DNA of 64,000 nucleotides from the NCBI RefSeq assembly GCF_018977255.1, contig NW_024704743.1, positions 69,380,001-69,444,000 on the forward strand. Direction: 5' to 3'. The notes below the pieces were generated by a model. The model was not told the origin of the DNA, did not search any database, and saw only the letters and a list, made by a program, of their open reading frames with translations. This document shows positions 39,052 to 51,648 of the stretch, piece by piece; within the stretch, counting starts at the first letter, position 1; each line of letters starts with the position of its first letter. The stretch is from Callorhinchus milii. Taxonomy: Eukaryota. A program made the translations under genes and the position numbers.

Positions 39052-39965
39052 AATAACAACAACAATTTCTGTTTGTATATCACCTTTTACATTGAGAGGA
39101 CATCTCAATGCGCTTCACAAAACATACTAAACATCCTGGGAGCCCAACGGGAGTTAGGGGGGCAGGAAGAGAAAATGACACAAAGAACAATTGAAAAATA
39201 GGTCTTAAGGAAGATTTAAAGTGTGAGGCAGAGGGATTCTGAGATGGGAGTCTCAGAGAGCAGGGCAGAATGACTGTAAACTCAACCACCAACGGTGAGG
39301 CAGATTGGCCGGAAGACAATGAAGCAACATCAACAATTCGCACTTATATAGCATTTTCCACGTAGGGTATTGTCTCAGACGCTTAACAGTGGTGGAGCCT
39401 GACTCTGAGTCTGGTTGGGGGAGGTGACCTTAAGCACGATTGGAAAGGAAGCTTTTCAGGTGGGACTTGAAAACAACAACAAAAACAACAACAAGATTCC
39501 ATTTATAGAGCGCCTTTCACGTCGGGAGGACGTCCCAAGGCGCTGTACAGTTGGGTCAGGACCCGAGCAGGGGGGAAATGGTCAGGGTGAGGGGAGGGAG
39601 GGGAGGGAGGGGAGGGAGCGAGGAGGGAGTAGAGAGTCGAGAGGGGAGCTGAAGGCACGGTCAAAGAGAAAGGTCTTGAGACCGGTCTTGAAGGAGGAAA
39701 GGGAGGAAGCAAGGCGAAGGCACTGGGGGATAGAGTTCCAGAGCCTCGGGGCTGAAAAAGGGGAGAGGGGCCAAGGAGGAGGGATTGAGGGAGAGTGTTC
39801 CAAGCAGGGTGGTAATAGTTGAGTGGAGGAAGGTGATAGGGTTCCAAGGAGATAAGGAGTGACAAGGCCATGGAGGGATCTGAACTTGAGGATGGGGTGT
39901 TTGGAATTTGATCTGCTGGGGGATAGGGAACCGATGGAGATGAGCAAGGATATTGTGATAGTCTC
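39052..39965 (-). mobile_element. Stack of three L2-type 3' ends (~39052-39310, ~39325-39472, ~39473-39965)
   Basis: Three successive (CAA)n-tail plus stem-loop ends in the same orientation. Confidence 0.78.
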
Positions 39966-40469
39966 TTAGAGCTTGGTGCAGGCATTGGGAGATTTGGTTT
40001 TCACTCTGCTTTGCTTGTTGCTTGTTACACTCCAGCTCCCCAGAAAGTTTAGGTTAATTTTCACCTTAAATGATATTTGTATTAACTGTTTAGCTGTTTA
40101 CGTATCCACTGAACTCATTAAGGCTTTGACTCGCAGGGTTGAAGACACCTCTGTGCCTGGAAATTTGTAACTTTTCTTGACCTAATATTTGTTGAATTCT
40201 AATTATTTTCCATTGCCAAATGCATTAAATTCTTTGATCCCAAGGGCACACATCAGCAACTTCCCATCAAATGAAGAAGGGAACCGGGGAATTCCCATTT
40301 GCACTAGGAAACATTCAAAGTTATGCTAAGGATGTAATTTAAAGAAGTCACATTGGATGGATGAGCTTTGGGGTGTGGAATATTGGAGCCTAGATGCAGT
40401 GTGCCATTGAATACCCCTGATTCCCTAACAGTGACCCTTCTTATTGTGGGCCCCAAATATGGAAAGTCA

Positions 40470-41350
40470 GTGACGGCATGAATTTAAGATAATTAGTAAG
40501 AGAGCAAAGGTGAGATTAGGAGGATTTTTTTGAAGCAGAGATTTTAGGATGTGGAATGCCCTGTCAAGTGCGATGGTTGAGGCAGGATCTGTTTAGCTTT
40601 TATGAGGGAACTATGTGGATGCCTCACCCCTCAGGCTGCCGAAATCCTCATTCACGCATTGTTCACATCTAGGCTTGACTATGCCAACTCCCAGCTTGTC
40701 GGCTTTCCCAACTCTTCCTTTCACAAACTACAGATCATCCAGAACTCTGCAGCTTGTGTCCTCTCCCACACCAGGCTCCATGGTCTCATCACCCCCACAC
40801 TCGCCCGGCTCCACTAACTCCCCACGATTCAGAGGATAGAGTTCAAAATCCTCATTCTCACCTTTAAGGCCCTCCACAGCTTTGCCCATTCATACCTCAG
40901 TGACCTGCTGACCCCATATCAACCTGTCCACTCCCTCCACTCAGCAGCCTCGTGCCCCACTTGGCCCTATCCACCATCAGTGGTCGGGCCTTCAGCCTCT
41001 CGACCTCCACTCTTTGAAACTCCATCCCACATTCCCTTTGCTCACTCCCTCCCTTACCTCCTTCAAGGCATGTCTCAAAACTCTCCTCTTCGACCGAGTC
41101 TTTGGCCAACCTCCCTTACCTTGTCCTCCCCCAGCTCGGGTCAAAATCCTTGACTGCCCAGCACCTTAGGAAGTCCTCCCGACATGAAATGTAATTTTGC
41201 ATTGTATTGTATATCTAAAAAGGAGTAGTTTGTAGAGATGGGGTGATAATGGAGGTAATTGGGACTGTATGGCTTGCTTTTCCAAGAACCAGCACAGAAA
41301 TGATGGGCTGAATGGCATTTTCTATGCTGTAAATTTCCTGTGGTTCTATG
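40470..41350 (+). mobile_element. CR1 3' end split by an L2 insertion (L2 ~40616-41210, +)
   Basis: ggcatgaatttaagata...ggatgtggaatgccctg on the left, atgatgggctgaatggc...ttctatga on the right; L2 TSRLDYAN/LQIIQNSAA between. Confidence 0.8.
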
Positions 41351-41703
41351 AAGTTATAGGATACACGCTAGAATAGCTAGAACAGAAACTGACATTTGTA
41401 ATATGGTGAATTCTGTGTCTAAGCTGGAGCTGTTTGGCGAGGTATAGAAAGGCGATGAGGATAAAGCTTGCGGGTCTATTCAACTTCCGCTACTACCTCA
41501 CAGCTGCTTATAAACAACGTCTGTTTGACCTTCAGACAGCCTACTGCTCATTCTCTTGGCTGCAGATGTTGCATAAATACAAACTCAATAACCTGAAAAC
41601 AACAATAAAGCAATCTGGGGAAAAGAGTTGTATGCTCCAATTTGCTTCTTTATAAATTATTAATAGAATCATGACGCAAGCCTGGTGTCAAAAGTTGGTT
41701 TTA

Positions 41704-41720
41704 TGCTGCCATCTGCTGGT
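41704..41720 (-). promoter_or_regulatory. Candidate CTCF site
   Basis: Reverse complement ACCAGCAGATGGCAGCA matches the CTCF core. Confidence 0.5.
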
Positions 41721-43804
41721 AACATCAAATCTCCCCCTTTAGTTGAAATTATTTAAACTGATTTTTTCATAAGAATCCGAGGCCAGAAATTTTCTCTCGC
41801 CTTACTCTATAAGACTGTCTTGCCTTAAAATATAACATTACGCAGAATTGAAGGAAATTCTTCAATTCTGCCATCTGCTAACACTACAGATTTCACCAGC
41901 AGATGACACTACAATTCAATTCAGTCTTCAGTCTTGCAGGAAGTGTTTTCCTGCAATTCTTAAAAGGAATTGAAGGCTGTATTTGCAAATTTGCCAAATC
42001 CGACGGGGCAGGGATTCTTTCCACTGTTTTTCACCTCCCCTTAGAGGGGACTGAGTGAAAGGAGAGATATGTAGATAAATATTGTGTGGAGGCTGGGTTA
42101 GGGATTTTCTGGAGAGCAAAGTAGGTCACTGGGTCTGTTTTTGCTCCTCCCTCTATATAACTCTACGTAAGAATAATACAAATGAATGCATTTGACATAG
42201 CCCCATTCACATCGAGTGGACACCTCAAAGAGCTTCACAGTGACTGTGTTTTTCAGGTGAACTGTAATGTTACATTAACTGTAACAGTACGGAGAGACTA
42301 CTGCTTTAATGTTAGATTTCAGAAAAGAACAACAGAAGGATTATTGCTTTAGAGCCTGTCCTGATTTATTACAGGAACAAATCTGATGCTGATTCAATCA
42401 AATATGATTCATTCTGTCGTTAAGCCTTGGTGACCACAGATATGAGTGGGAGATGCTATTTGAGGGTGCAGTGTGTTTAAAAAAAAGGAACATTTAAAAT
42501 ATATAAATAAATTCTGAGGGGAAGCAGAAGAGAACACCATAGAAACCATAAAGCCTGAGGGTAAAGATTTCCTATACATTGGATATACATTTTTTTTAAA
42601 ACAACTTGTTTGTTACAGAATTAAAGAAGGGCAGATCTTTTGAAACTAATTAAGAAACGTAAACCGGGTCAGTAGTTAGTGGCTGCAGCGCAAAGCAATC
42701 ACGTGTACAATCTTGTATAGCAGAACAACAGGGATCCTGCAATTGAAGTAGGGTTTGGCAAATGCGGTCAGTAGCACAAAAACAATCCACACTTTTCCAG
42801 AGAGTTAAAGCAAAAGCTACTGATGCATGAAAGGTCAATCTTTGCTTCAGGCAGGATAAAGCGAGACAAACATTTCCAGTCATATGCCATGAAAATGTCC
42901 CATTCATTGGAGTTCCTTGCGTAATGAATTAATTAGCTACAATTCTTTGAAATTCATACTGCAATTTGTATTCCTTCAGGACAGGTTTGTTACTCCTTTC
43001 TGTCATGAAGTTTGAATATAGAACTCGATACAATTTTAACTCATGTTTACCTCCCCACTTTGAAACTTCATAGTTACAAAGTAGTGTTTTTTCTTTAGTA
43101 ATGGATGAGATTTCATTCATTGATATAGGGCGAGAAATTCTATCTGGATCTAGATTTGCAATATTTATGTAACATTTCAGAGGGTACAGAATTTGGTAAA
43201 TTGTTAAATACAGCTGAAATTTTTAAGCCAGTTGAGAGATAAATAAATAATACTTGCATTTGATATAACGCCTTATCACATTGTTGAGACGTCTCAAAGA
43301 GTTTCACAGAATATAATGTAAAGTGAATTGACTGTATACTTTGTGGGAGAAACATGGCAGCCAATTGCACACAGCAGTGTCCCACAAACAGTCGTGGATT
43401 TAGCGACCAGATATTAAAATAATAAGTAAAATAGTAAAATAATCTTCAAAGCTAATGGAGGTTTTATTAATACCAATGGATGAAAGATGCTCTGTTTCTT
43501 AATGAATTCAAGGATAATTAACATTTTGAGATGGATGATTCCATCAGTTGGAAGTGCACCTGCTGATGTTTCTGCCTACAAATCATGGTGGATACCAAGT
43601 CCTGACTATGAGAGTGTGTGTTCGTGAACCTGAACTCCAAGTAATAGTATCTAAAGCTCCCAAGCCTTGAGCTTCCTCATTCGGTTCTTTAACGGACATC
43701 TGCCTTCATTGTAGTGGAAAGACCTGGACAGGCCAGCCTGTAATGTTCCAGTCACTGAGAATCCCAGAACAAGGAGCAGCACGAGACAAGCCATCACACA
43801 ACCC

Positions 43805-44128
43805 TAATAATAATAATAATAATCCTTGCATTTGATATAGCACTTTTCACGTCTTCTCGACGTCTCAAAGTGCATCACAGAATATGCTGTAAAGTGAATT
43901 GACCGTATATTTGTGGGTGAAACGTGGCAACCAATTACGCATAGCAGTGTCCCACAAAAGTCATGGATTGGAAATGACTGATTTATTATCGTTTTGTTTT
44001 TTGGAGGGATTATTATTAGGCGTGTGGAGTAAGGAAACTTGCCCAAGGTTTCGCCCTCTGCCTGGAATTGAACACAGATCTCTCGCTTGCAAAGCGAGTG
44101 CTCTAACCACTGAGCTACAGGACTCCAC
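43805..44128 (-). mobile_element. tRNA-derived SINE, short subfamily, full length
   Basis: Head to (TTA)n; GAGAA loop. Confidence 0.92.
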
Positions 44129-44377
44129 AACACAGAAGCTCATTGAATTATTACAAATAAAAATGACTGCAGACTAGAATGTGCTTAAAACCATAACTAT
44201 TAAATATATTTAATTATTAAAATGATTTATTTCTGAGTGTGCCCCAGATCTAACCACAATTAGCATTGCTCCTTTCTAATGGACTTAACTAAACAAAATA
44301 AATTATAATCTCCACTTCGGAAGATTCTGTTGACAATCGGTTATAAATAATTGACTTATAGCTTTATCTTATATTAA

Positions 44378-45202
44378 TGATAATTTTTGCATTTGACATA
44401 TGGCCTTATCACGTCAAACTGTCTCAAAGTGCTTTACAGTAATTACTGTTAAGTGTAGTGATTGCGTTTGTAGGTGAATGAAGCAGCCAATTTGCACACA
44501 GCAATGTCCAAAAGCACACAAAGAGCCAAAGAGTGAATGGCCAGTTCATTTTTGGAGGATTAATAGATGAGACACCAGGGGAAACTCCTTTTGTTTTTGA
44601 AAAACAGTATCCTGGGTTTTTTAGTGTCTACCTGAATGGGCAGACAAGACCTTGGTTTAACGTTGCATTTGAAGGCCGGCTCCTTCAATAATGCAGCTTT
44701 CCTCAAACACCCCACTGGAGGTTCAGTATGGACTATGAGCTGAAAGTCCCCATCAACAACAGATTGCATTTATATAGCACCTTTCACATCAGTAGGACAT
44801 CCCAAGGGATTGGACAGTCATGGGGTTTGCACCTGAGCTGATGGTTGGAATCAAGAAGGGTGGGGGCAAGAGTGTGGGGCTGAGAGGAAAATCTTGAGAT
44901 GGACCTTAAAGGAGCAAGAGAGGGGGTGAGGTGATGGGACTCTGTGATGGAGTTCCAGAGGATGGGAGCAGGAAAACTGAAGGCCTGACTGTTGATGGTG
45001 AGGGGACCAGGGTGGGGAATATGAGCAGCCCAGTGCCTGCTGAGAGGAGGGATAGGTTAGTAAGGCTTTAGCAGGTTGCAGAGCTTAAAAAATGAGGATG
45101 AGGACCTTAAATGTGAGTACAAAGGTCTTAAACGTGAGGACAAAGATACCTACAAACGTCTGACACAGAAGCAAGAGTGCTACCAACTGAGCCAAGCTGA
45201 CA
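44378..45202 (-). mobile_element. Deu-domain SINE split by an L2 3' fragment (~44753-45140)
   Basis: Deu body 44378-44750, head agagtgctaccaactgagcc at 45147-45202, L2 tail caacaacagattgcatttatatagcacc between. Confidence 0.72.
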
Positions 45203-47089
45203 TTAATTTTATTTTTTAACTGAACACTTGCCTCTACCTTGTTCTGAAACTGAGATGCATGCAGTAAAATCCCCAAAAGGGAAAATTAAGGATATTGACT
45301 AAAACCATAGTCAAAGAGATATGTTTTTAGGAGGCCTTTGAAGGCAGGGAGAGAGAAAACAAGGCAGAGATGTGGAAGAGGGTTCCAGGGGAGAGGGTGT
45401 AGTGATTGAAGGCTTACCCATCATGGGTGGATCAGAGGGAGTGAGGAGCAAGCAACAGACTAGAATCAGAAGATTAGAGGTTATGAGGAACATAAAGCCA
45501 GCTGTGATTACATAAACAGGGAAAGGAGAAGATTTCAAAGGGAATTAAAGGTCAGGACATGGTTCTTAAAATCCATCTGCTGGGTTACTGGGAGCCTGGA
45601 GAATGGGAGTAATGAGAATGCACAGCCTGGCGTGGGAAAGAATTCAGGCTCTGGAATTTATTACCCTAAGTCAGAATTCCGTTTATCCTCATGCTAACTG
45701 TCTGCAATGCCTATTTTCCATATTGGGATCCAATGCAAATTCAGGGCTACCAAGGTATTTCAGAAAAGTGAAATGTAGCCTCGCAGCTTGAGTAAATTGA
45801 GGGTCTAGTAACTGCACATGCATGCATGCAACTTCGCAGGCATACGACTGGATTTTTTTTGCCAGTAATACAAAGCTTTAGTTTATACTTGTGTCGAGTT
45901 CAGGGACAGAGTCAGAAAATGAGACACAGATGAGCGTCATGAAAAAGTGATAGAGAGACAAAGAGATAAAAAGTTAGATATTCAGAGAGAAAAAGATTGA
46001 GAGAAAAAAAATGAGAGTTAGATTCTAACACTGTTGTGTGAAAATGTGCCTCTTCTAAACAAAGAGTAAGTTTGTGATTGAGAGAGAGAGAGAATGTGTG
46101 TGAGCTGCTCATAGCATATCCTCTGTCAAATGTGAATCTGACAGGCTTTTTGTCATTCACTTTGTGGTTGCTTGTGGGAAATGAGCTGACACTTTCGCCA
46201 ACAGAATACACAGTCATTGCACTTTACAGTATATCCTGTGAAGCGCTTTCACACAACTTGCATTTACAACTTGCATTTATATATCGCCCCCCTCATGCAA
46301 GGTAGAGTCCCAGAGCGCTTGAGTGGCGGCGCATAATGTCCTCCCTACATGAAAGGCGCTATATCAAATGTAAAGATTACAGTATTTATTATATCCAATG
46401 TTTCCCAGCTACCTTTACACCTTTACGTCACCTTGCCCCAGAATACACAACAGTATTGACTGATGTGAATTGTGCAAAAAAAAATTGGACTTGTCCCTTG
46501 TGATAGTTTTATCCACCAGTAACCACAACCTTTCCATTCCAGGCATTACAGAGTGATTTAGTGGTATGTTGTGTTTACAAAGATAGCGGCAGAAGCAGAT
46601 GAATATCAGCTAGCATGTTTCTCTTCCTCTATTTTTGTTCTCCACGACACAGTAAAGGGTAATGTGCACTCACAGTTCACTCAGACAGATGGTTACATTC
46701 AAGCGTGCATTGTACATCGTGTCCATGTCAGAATAAGAGAAATGGCATCACAGGGGATAGCGCGGAGGACAAAGTAAACCAATAAAATTGGAATGATACA
46801 GTAATGCTATCAGGCCTGAACTGATAAGTGCCGTGCTGATAACGTTGGTACACATTAATAAAACTTAACAACACATGGAAGGAATCCAGGTGAGAAAGAA
46901 AGAACTTGCTTTTTTATTGGCTGTTAGACTATGGTGATGGAAGTTTCAGATCACTGCGGTGGTACCTGAGGTAGTGGAGCTTGTACTGAAATACAGTTTG
47001 CTGTGAACTTGGAACCATCCCAATGGTCTAGATCAGTGGTAGCCAACCAGTGGCATGGCACCCCCTTGGTAGTGGCACGCGAGGGAGAG

Positions 47090-47265
47090 CAGTGAGGAGG
47101 GAGTCTAGCGAGGGAGGCAGTGCAGTGAGGGAGAGAGGGGAGCGAGGGAGGGAGGGCAGCGAGGGGAGCGAGGGAGGGCAACGAGGGAAGGAAGGGAGCA
47201 AGGGAGGGCAGCGAGGGAGGGCAGCGAGGGAGGGAGGGGAGCGAGGGAGGGAGGGCAGTGAGGGA
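47090..47265. repeat. Purine-rich degenerate minisatellite (GCGAGGGAGGGAGGGCA-like) inside the hAT relic
   Basis: Repeated gcgagggagggagggca units. Confidence 0.85.
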
Positions 47266-47491
47266 CATGTTTGATGACAGTGCAAATGAGGAAGGGGAGT
47301 TATTTCTTCATTGCAATATTTGTTGCCTATCAAAGGGGAAGGCTCTTGAAAGATTTGGGAATTTAAAAGAAAAACTGCATATGTTTTTGAAAAAGAAGGG
47401 AGAAGTTCTTGAAGACTGCAAGTCCTTCAAGAAAAGATCTGGCTCAGTCACTTTGCTTTCCTTACAGACATTACTGGTCAGCTTACAACAC

Positions 47492-48144
47492 AACAACAAC
47501 ATTACATTTGTATACCGCCTTTCACATCGGGAGAACGTCCCAAAGAGCTGGACAATCAGTGTTTTGGACCCGAGTTGGGGGTCGGGATCGGAGAGAATGG
47601 AACGCAGGGAGGGAAGGAGGGTGACTGAAGGCACGGTCGAAGAGGAGGGTCTTGAGATGGGTCTCGAAGGAGGTAAGGGAGGGGTCAAGGTGGAGGGACT
47701 GTTCCAGAGGGTGGGGGCATGGAGTTCCAGAGGATGGGGGCAGAGTAGCAGAAGGCTCGCCCACGAATTGTGGGGTGGGCAAGGTGGGGGCCATGAAGCA
47801 GGCTGGAGTTTGCTGAGCGGAGGGAGTGGGCAGGATGGTAGGGGCTTAGGAGGTTGCAGAGGTAGGGGGGAGCAAGACCATGGAAGGCTTTGAAAGTGAG
47901 GGCCAGGATCTTGAACTGTATCCTCTGTGTGATGGGAAGCCAGTGGAGTCGGGCAAGGATGGGGGTGATAGGGTCATGGAGCCTGGCGCGAGAGAGGACA
48001 CAGGCTGCAGAGTTCTGGATGATCTGCACCCTATGGAGGGAGGTGAGGAGGCTCTAATGGAGCCAATCAGGAGAGTCTCGGTCTTGTTGAAGTTTAGCTG
48101 TAGAAAATTAGCTCTCATCCAGGACTTGATGTCCGACAGATATA
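47492..48144 (-). mobile_element. L2 fragment inserted in the hAT transposase
   Basis: [39 protein letters not shown]; candidate TSD CTTACAACAC/CTGACAACGC. Confidence 0.9.
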
Positions 48145-48460
48145 CTGACAACGCTCAGTGCACGCTTGCAAGGAAAGGATTTCCTTCCTCCAACTCAGTT
48201 TAATTTAATTTTAGCTTTCAAGGCCAAACTTAACCTTTTTTTGAATGTTTTGCCTAAAAAAACGGTTTCACTTTGTTCATTTGCAACAGTTAAAAAGTGA
48301 CAGTAATGTCATCATCAATTTAGAAAAATGTCAGAACGCGATTTCTTCACTAATTAATTCCATTGATACCCGTTTTCAAGATTTTAAAGAAGACAAAGAC
48401 AATATAGCACTTTTCACCAACCATTTCTCTCTTTCAGACACCGTGATTGAACACACTATC

Positions 48461-48840
48461 GGAGTCCTGTAGCTCAGTGGTTAAAGCATTCGTCTCGCAA
48501 GCGGGAGACCTGGGTTCAATTCCTGGCAGGGCGACGTTGGGCAAGTTTCCTTAATGCACACGCCTCTGTTTACCTAGCAATAAGTAGGAACCCAGCTGTC
48601 TGTTGATTGGTGGATCGCTTTCCTGGGAATAATAATTCCTTCAAAAAAAGCAACAAAAATAAATGGTCACTTCAATCCACGACTGTTTGTGGGACACTGC
48701 TGTGCGCAATTGGCTGCCGCGTTTCGACCACAAAATATGCAGTCAATTCACTTTACAGTATATTCTGTGAAGCACTTTGAGACGCCTCGAAGACGTGATA
48801 AGACGTTATATCAAACACAAAGATTTTTATTATTATTATT
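48461..48840 (+). mobile_element. Long-subfamily SINE, full length
   Basis: Head, central block, (TTA)n tail. Confidence 0.9.
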
Positions 48841-48890
48841 AAAGTACCAGTGTAAGGCAGTTAAACTTTTGAGAGCAGTAAATAACATTT

Positions 48891-48908
48891 GTCCACCAGG
48901 TGGCAGCA
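48891..48908 (+). promoter_or_regulatory. Candidate CTCF site
   Basis: GTCCACCAGGTGGCAGCA matches the CCASYAGRKGGCRS core. Confidence 0.55.
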
Positions 48909-49189
48909 GCAGACAATTAAAAAATGACAGTAATGTCATCGTCAATTTCGAAAAATATCAGAACGCGATTTCTTCACTAATTAATTAAGTGCTTCAAAAA
49001 TGGAACTATTTTCTTGACACATTTTGTCCTAACTCCCATTAATTTGTTGCATGCAAATTGGCTGCCGTATTTGCTCACAAAATACACACAGCCACACCAC
49101 CTTAAAATATATGTGGTGAAGCACGTTGAGACCTCTCGATGACATGATAAAACGCTATATCAAATGCCAGGATTATTATTATATCTAAT

Positions 49190-49440
49190 CACAGAAGTCG
49201 CTGGGAACACGGAGCAGGTCAGGCAGCATCCATGGAGAAAGGAAAATGAGTTAAGTTTCAGGTCTATGACCTTCCGTCAGAACTGGGGGGGTGTTGGAAG
49301 GGAGCAGATTATTAGGATAAACAAAGAAAGGGGCAGGGAAAGAAAGATGAGTAAAACATTTTTAGATGGAGGACAGAAGATGATGAGATTAGAGGTGTTG
49401 ATGGTGCAAGACAAAATGGTGTATTTTGGTGTGGGTTAGG
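49190..49440 (-). mobile_element. Probable Penelope-like element terminal region
   Basis: gagcaggtcaggcagcatccatggagaaagg...tttcaggtctatgaccttccgtcagaactgg resembles the chondrichthyan Penelope-like end as I recall it. Confidence 0.55.
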
Positions 49441-50282
49441 ATTATTATTATTTGTTTCATAATATGACATTCATAATATTGCAGTGACAAATGCAACATG
49501 ATGAGGTGCTTGGAACACTGAATTATATTGCGGTTAAACCAGTGGATAATTATTGACTTTAGGATGCACCAAGATAGAAGAACAAGAAGACATTTTAGAG
49601 TTTAGAGTCATGCAGGATTGAGGCCAGTACACTGGAACTCATCTAAAAAGTAGCTTGATGCTGTGATGGGAGAACGGTAGAGCAGATATTCTGGATTGTT
49701 GAGATCAGATACATCAAAGGGCCTTCTTCATCCAAAACAATCTTGTGATCTTGTGACTGCCTGTGGGGGTGAAATCCTGCTTGGCTCCCCTTAATTTCAG
49801 GCTTGAATCTGGCCCTGAAGATCTCACTGGCTGCCGTTCTTGTTGCTGAAAGTGTTAGTAGACATCATTATTTTTGCTCTCTGTGGTGTATAAATGCTCC
49901 ACTGGAAACAAGCCTTTGAAACGATGTGTAGCATCAATGCAATACTGTAAGCAGGCAATGTGATTTTGACTGAGAGCATAAAACTAGAAGGCATAGACTC
50001 CTAGCAAAGCAATTTTAACAATAATAATCCTTGCATTTGGAGACGATGTATAATAAACACTGAGCTGAACTCAGCCTGTTGTTTCATTCATTATTGATTT
50101 TTTCAGCATTGCGCAAATCCTTGAATGCTTCTTTGTGTGTCGGGAGCTTTGTTCTGGGGATGTGAGGACGGGCATTCCATATTTGTGAAGGAGCTGTGAT
50201 CCTTCCAAGCATACTTTTTAAAGGTCATAGTGATAAAGTAGTCTACTCTGGATCTGTGTTATACCAGAAGCTCAGTACATTC

Positions 50283-50608
50283 AGTCCTGTAGCTCAGTGG
50301 TTAGAGCACTCGCTTTGCAAGTGAGAGCCCTGAGTTCAATTCCAGGCAGGGCGAAACCTTGGGCAAGTTTCCTTACTCCACACGCCTAATAATAATCCCT
50401 CCAAAACCAAAAACAATAATAAATTGGTCATTTTCAATCTACAACTGTTTGTGGGACATTGCTGTGTGCAATTGGCTGCCGCGTTCGCCCACAAACATAC
50501 AGTCAATTTGCTTTACAGTGTGTTCTGTGAAGTGCTTTGGGACTTCCTCCCGACGTGAAAAGCGCTATATCAAATGCAAGGATTATTATTAGTAGTAGTA
50601 GTAGTATT
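50283..50608 (+). mobile_element. Short-subfamily SINE, near full length
   Basis: Head to (TTA)n(TAG)n; CTCCC loop. Confidence 0.92.
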
Positions 50609-51269
50609 ACATTCCAGTAAAACAATACAAATTCATATTTATATCATGCCTTTCACGTCTGGAGGACAACCCAAAGCATTTAATAGTACTGGCTTGGCAC
50701 CTGAGTTAGGGAGTGGGGGTTAATTGAGGAGGAGGGGAAAGATGACCAGTATTGCAGTCAAAGAGGTAGGTCTTGAACCTCTTCCAGTTCACCTGGAAGT
50801 CAACCTTGAAGTTTATATAAACAATTTTCATTGGAAATGGCTGGAAATTCAATCCCATTGTTAATTCCATGTGCTATATTTTTTGTCATTGGCCTCTAAT
50901 ACTTTATTAAATGAATATGATGATTTGTGCAGCATGTCCTGAATGATCTCAAGTGATATAGCAGAGACAGCACAATGTCACAGTGATATGTTGGGATAAA
51001 TTATCAATACTGCACCAGCTTGATTTTATTATGTTGACAGGTTGCTCAAGGTGATATTTTCTCTGGTTTCTAACTGGAATATTAAGTCATGTGGATTTAT
51101 TGTGGATTCAATGTAGTCTGGAAGAAAGGGATAGATTATTTTCTCTCATGCATAGTGTAACAATTTTCTTAGTGAGTATACAGAAATGTAATCATGTAAT
51201 GCATATAATTTCCTCAAACACTAACAATGCAGGTATTATAAGAAGAACTTTTTTAAGATTGTGCAAGGT

Positions 51270-51648
51270 AATAATACTAATACTACTACTAATAATAATA
51301 ATACTCCTTGCATTTGATAAACTGCCTTATCAGTGTCATTGAGATGACTCAAAGCGCTTCACGGAATATATTGTAAAGTGGAGTGACTGTGAATTTTGTG
51401 GGCAAATCGCGGCAGCCAATTGCACACAGCAATGTCCCACAAACAGTCATGGATTGACTGACCAATTTTTTTATGGAGGGATTATTACCCCCAAAAAATG
51501 ATTTGCCAATCGACTAACAACTGGGTTCCTATTTACTACTAGGTAAACAGAGGCATGTGGAATAAGGAAACTTGCCTAAGATTACACCCTGCGCGGGAAC
51601 CTCTCGCTTGCGAGGCGAATGTGCTAACCACTATGCCATGGGACTCCA
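51270..51648 (-). mobile_element. Long-subfamily SINE
   Basis: ggttcctatttactactaggtaaacagaggc block; head at 51600-51648. Confidence 0.85.

Larger units (their letters stand above)
47034..48460 (+). mobile_element. hAT (Charlie/Buster, GTF2IRD2-like) DNA transposon relic with transposase fragments
   Basis: GTCTAGAT|CAGTGGTAGCCAACC terminus; LFLHCNICCLSKGKALERF, WLSHFAFLTDITGQL, LQGK, AFKAKLNLF, DTRFQDFK..LFTNHF; right end not found. Confidence 0.8.
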
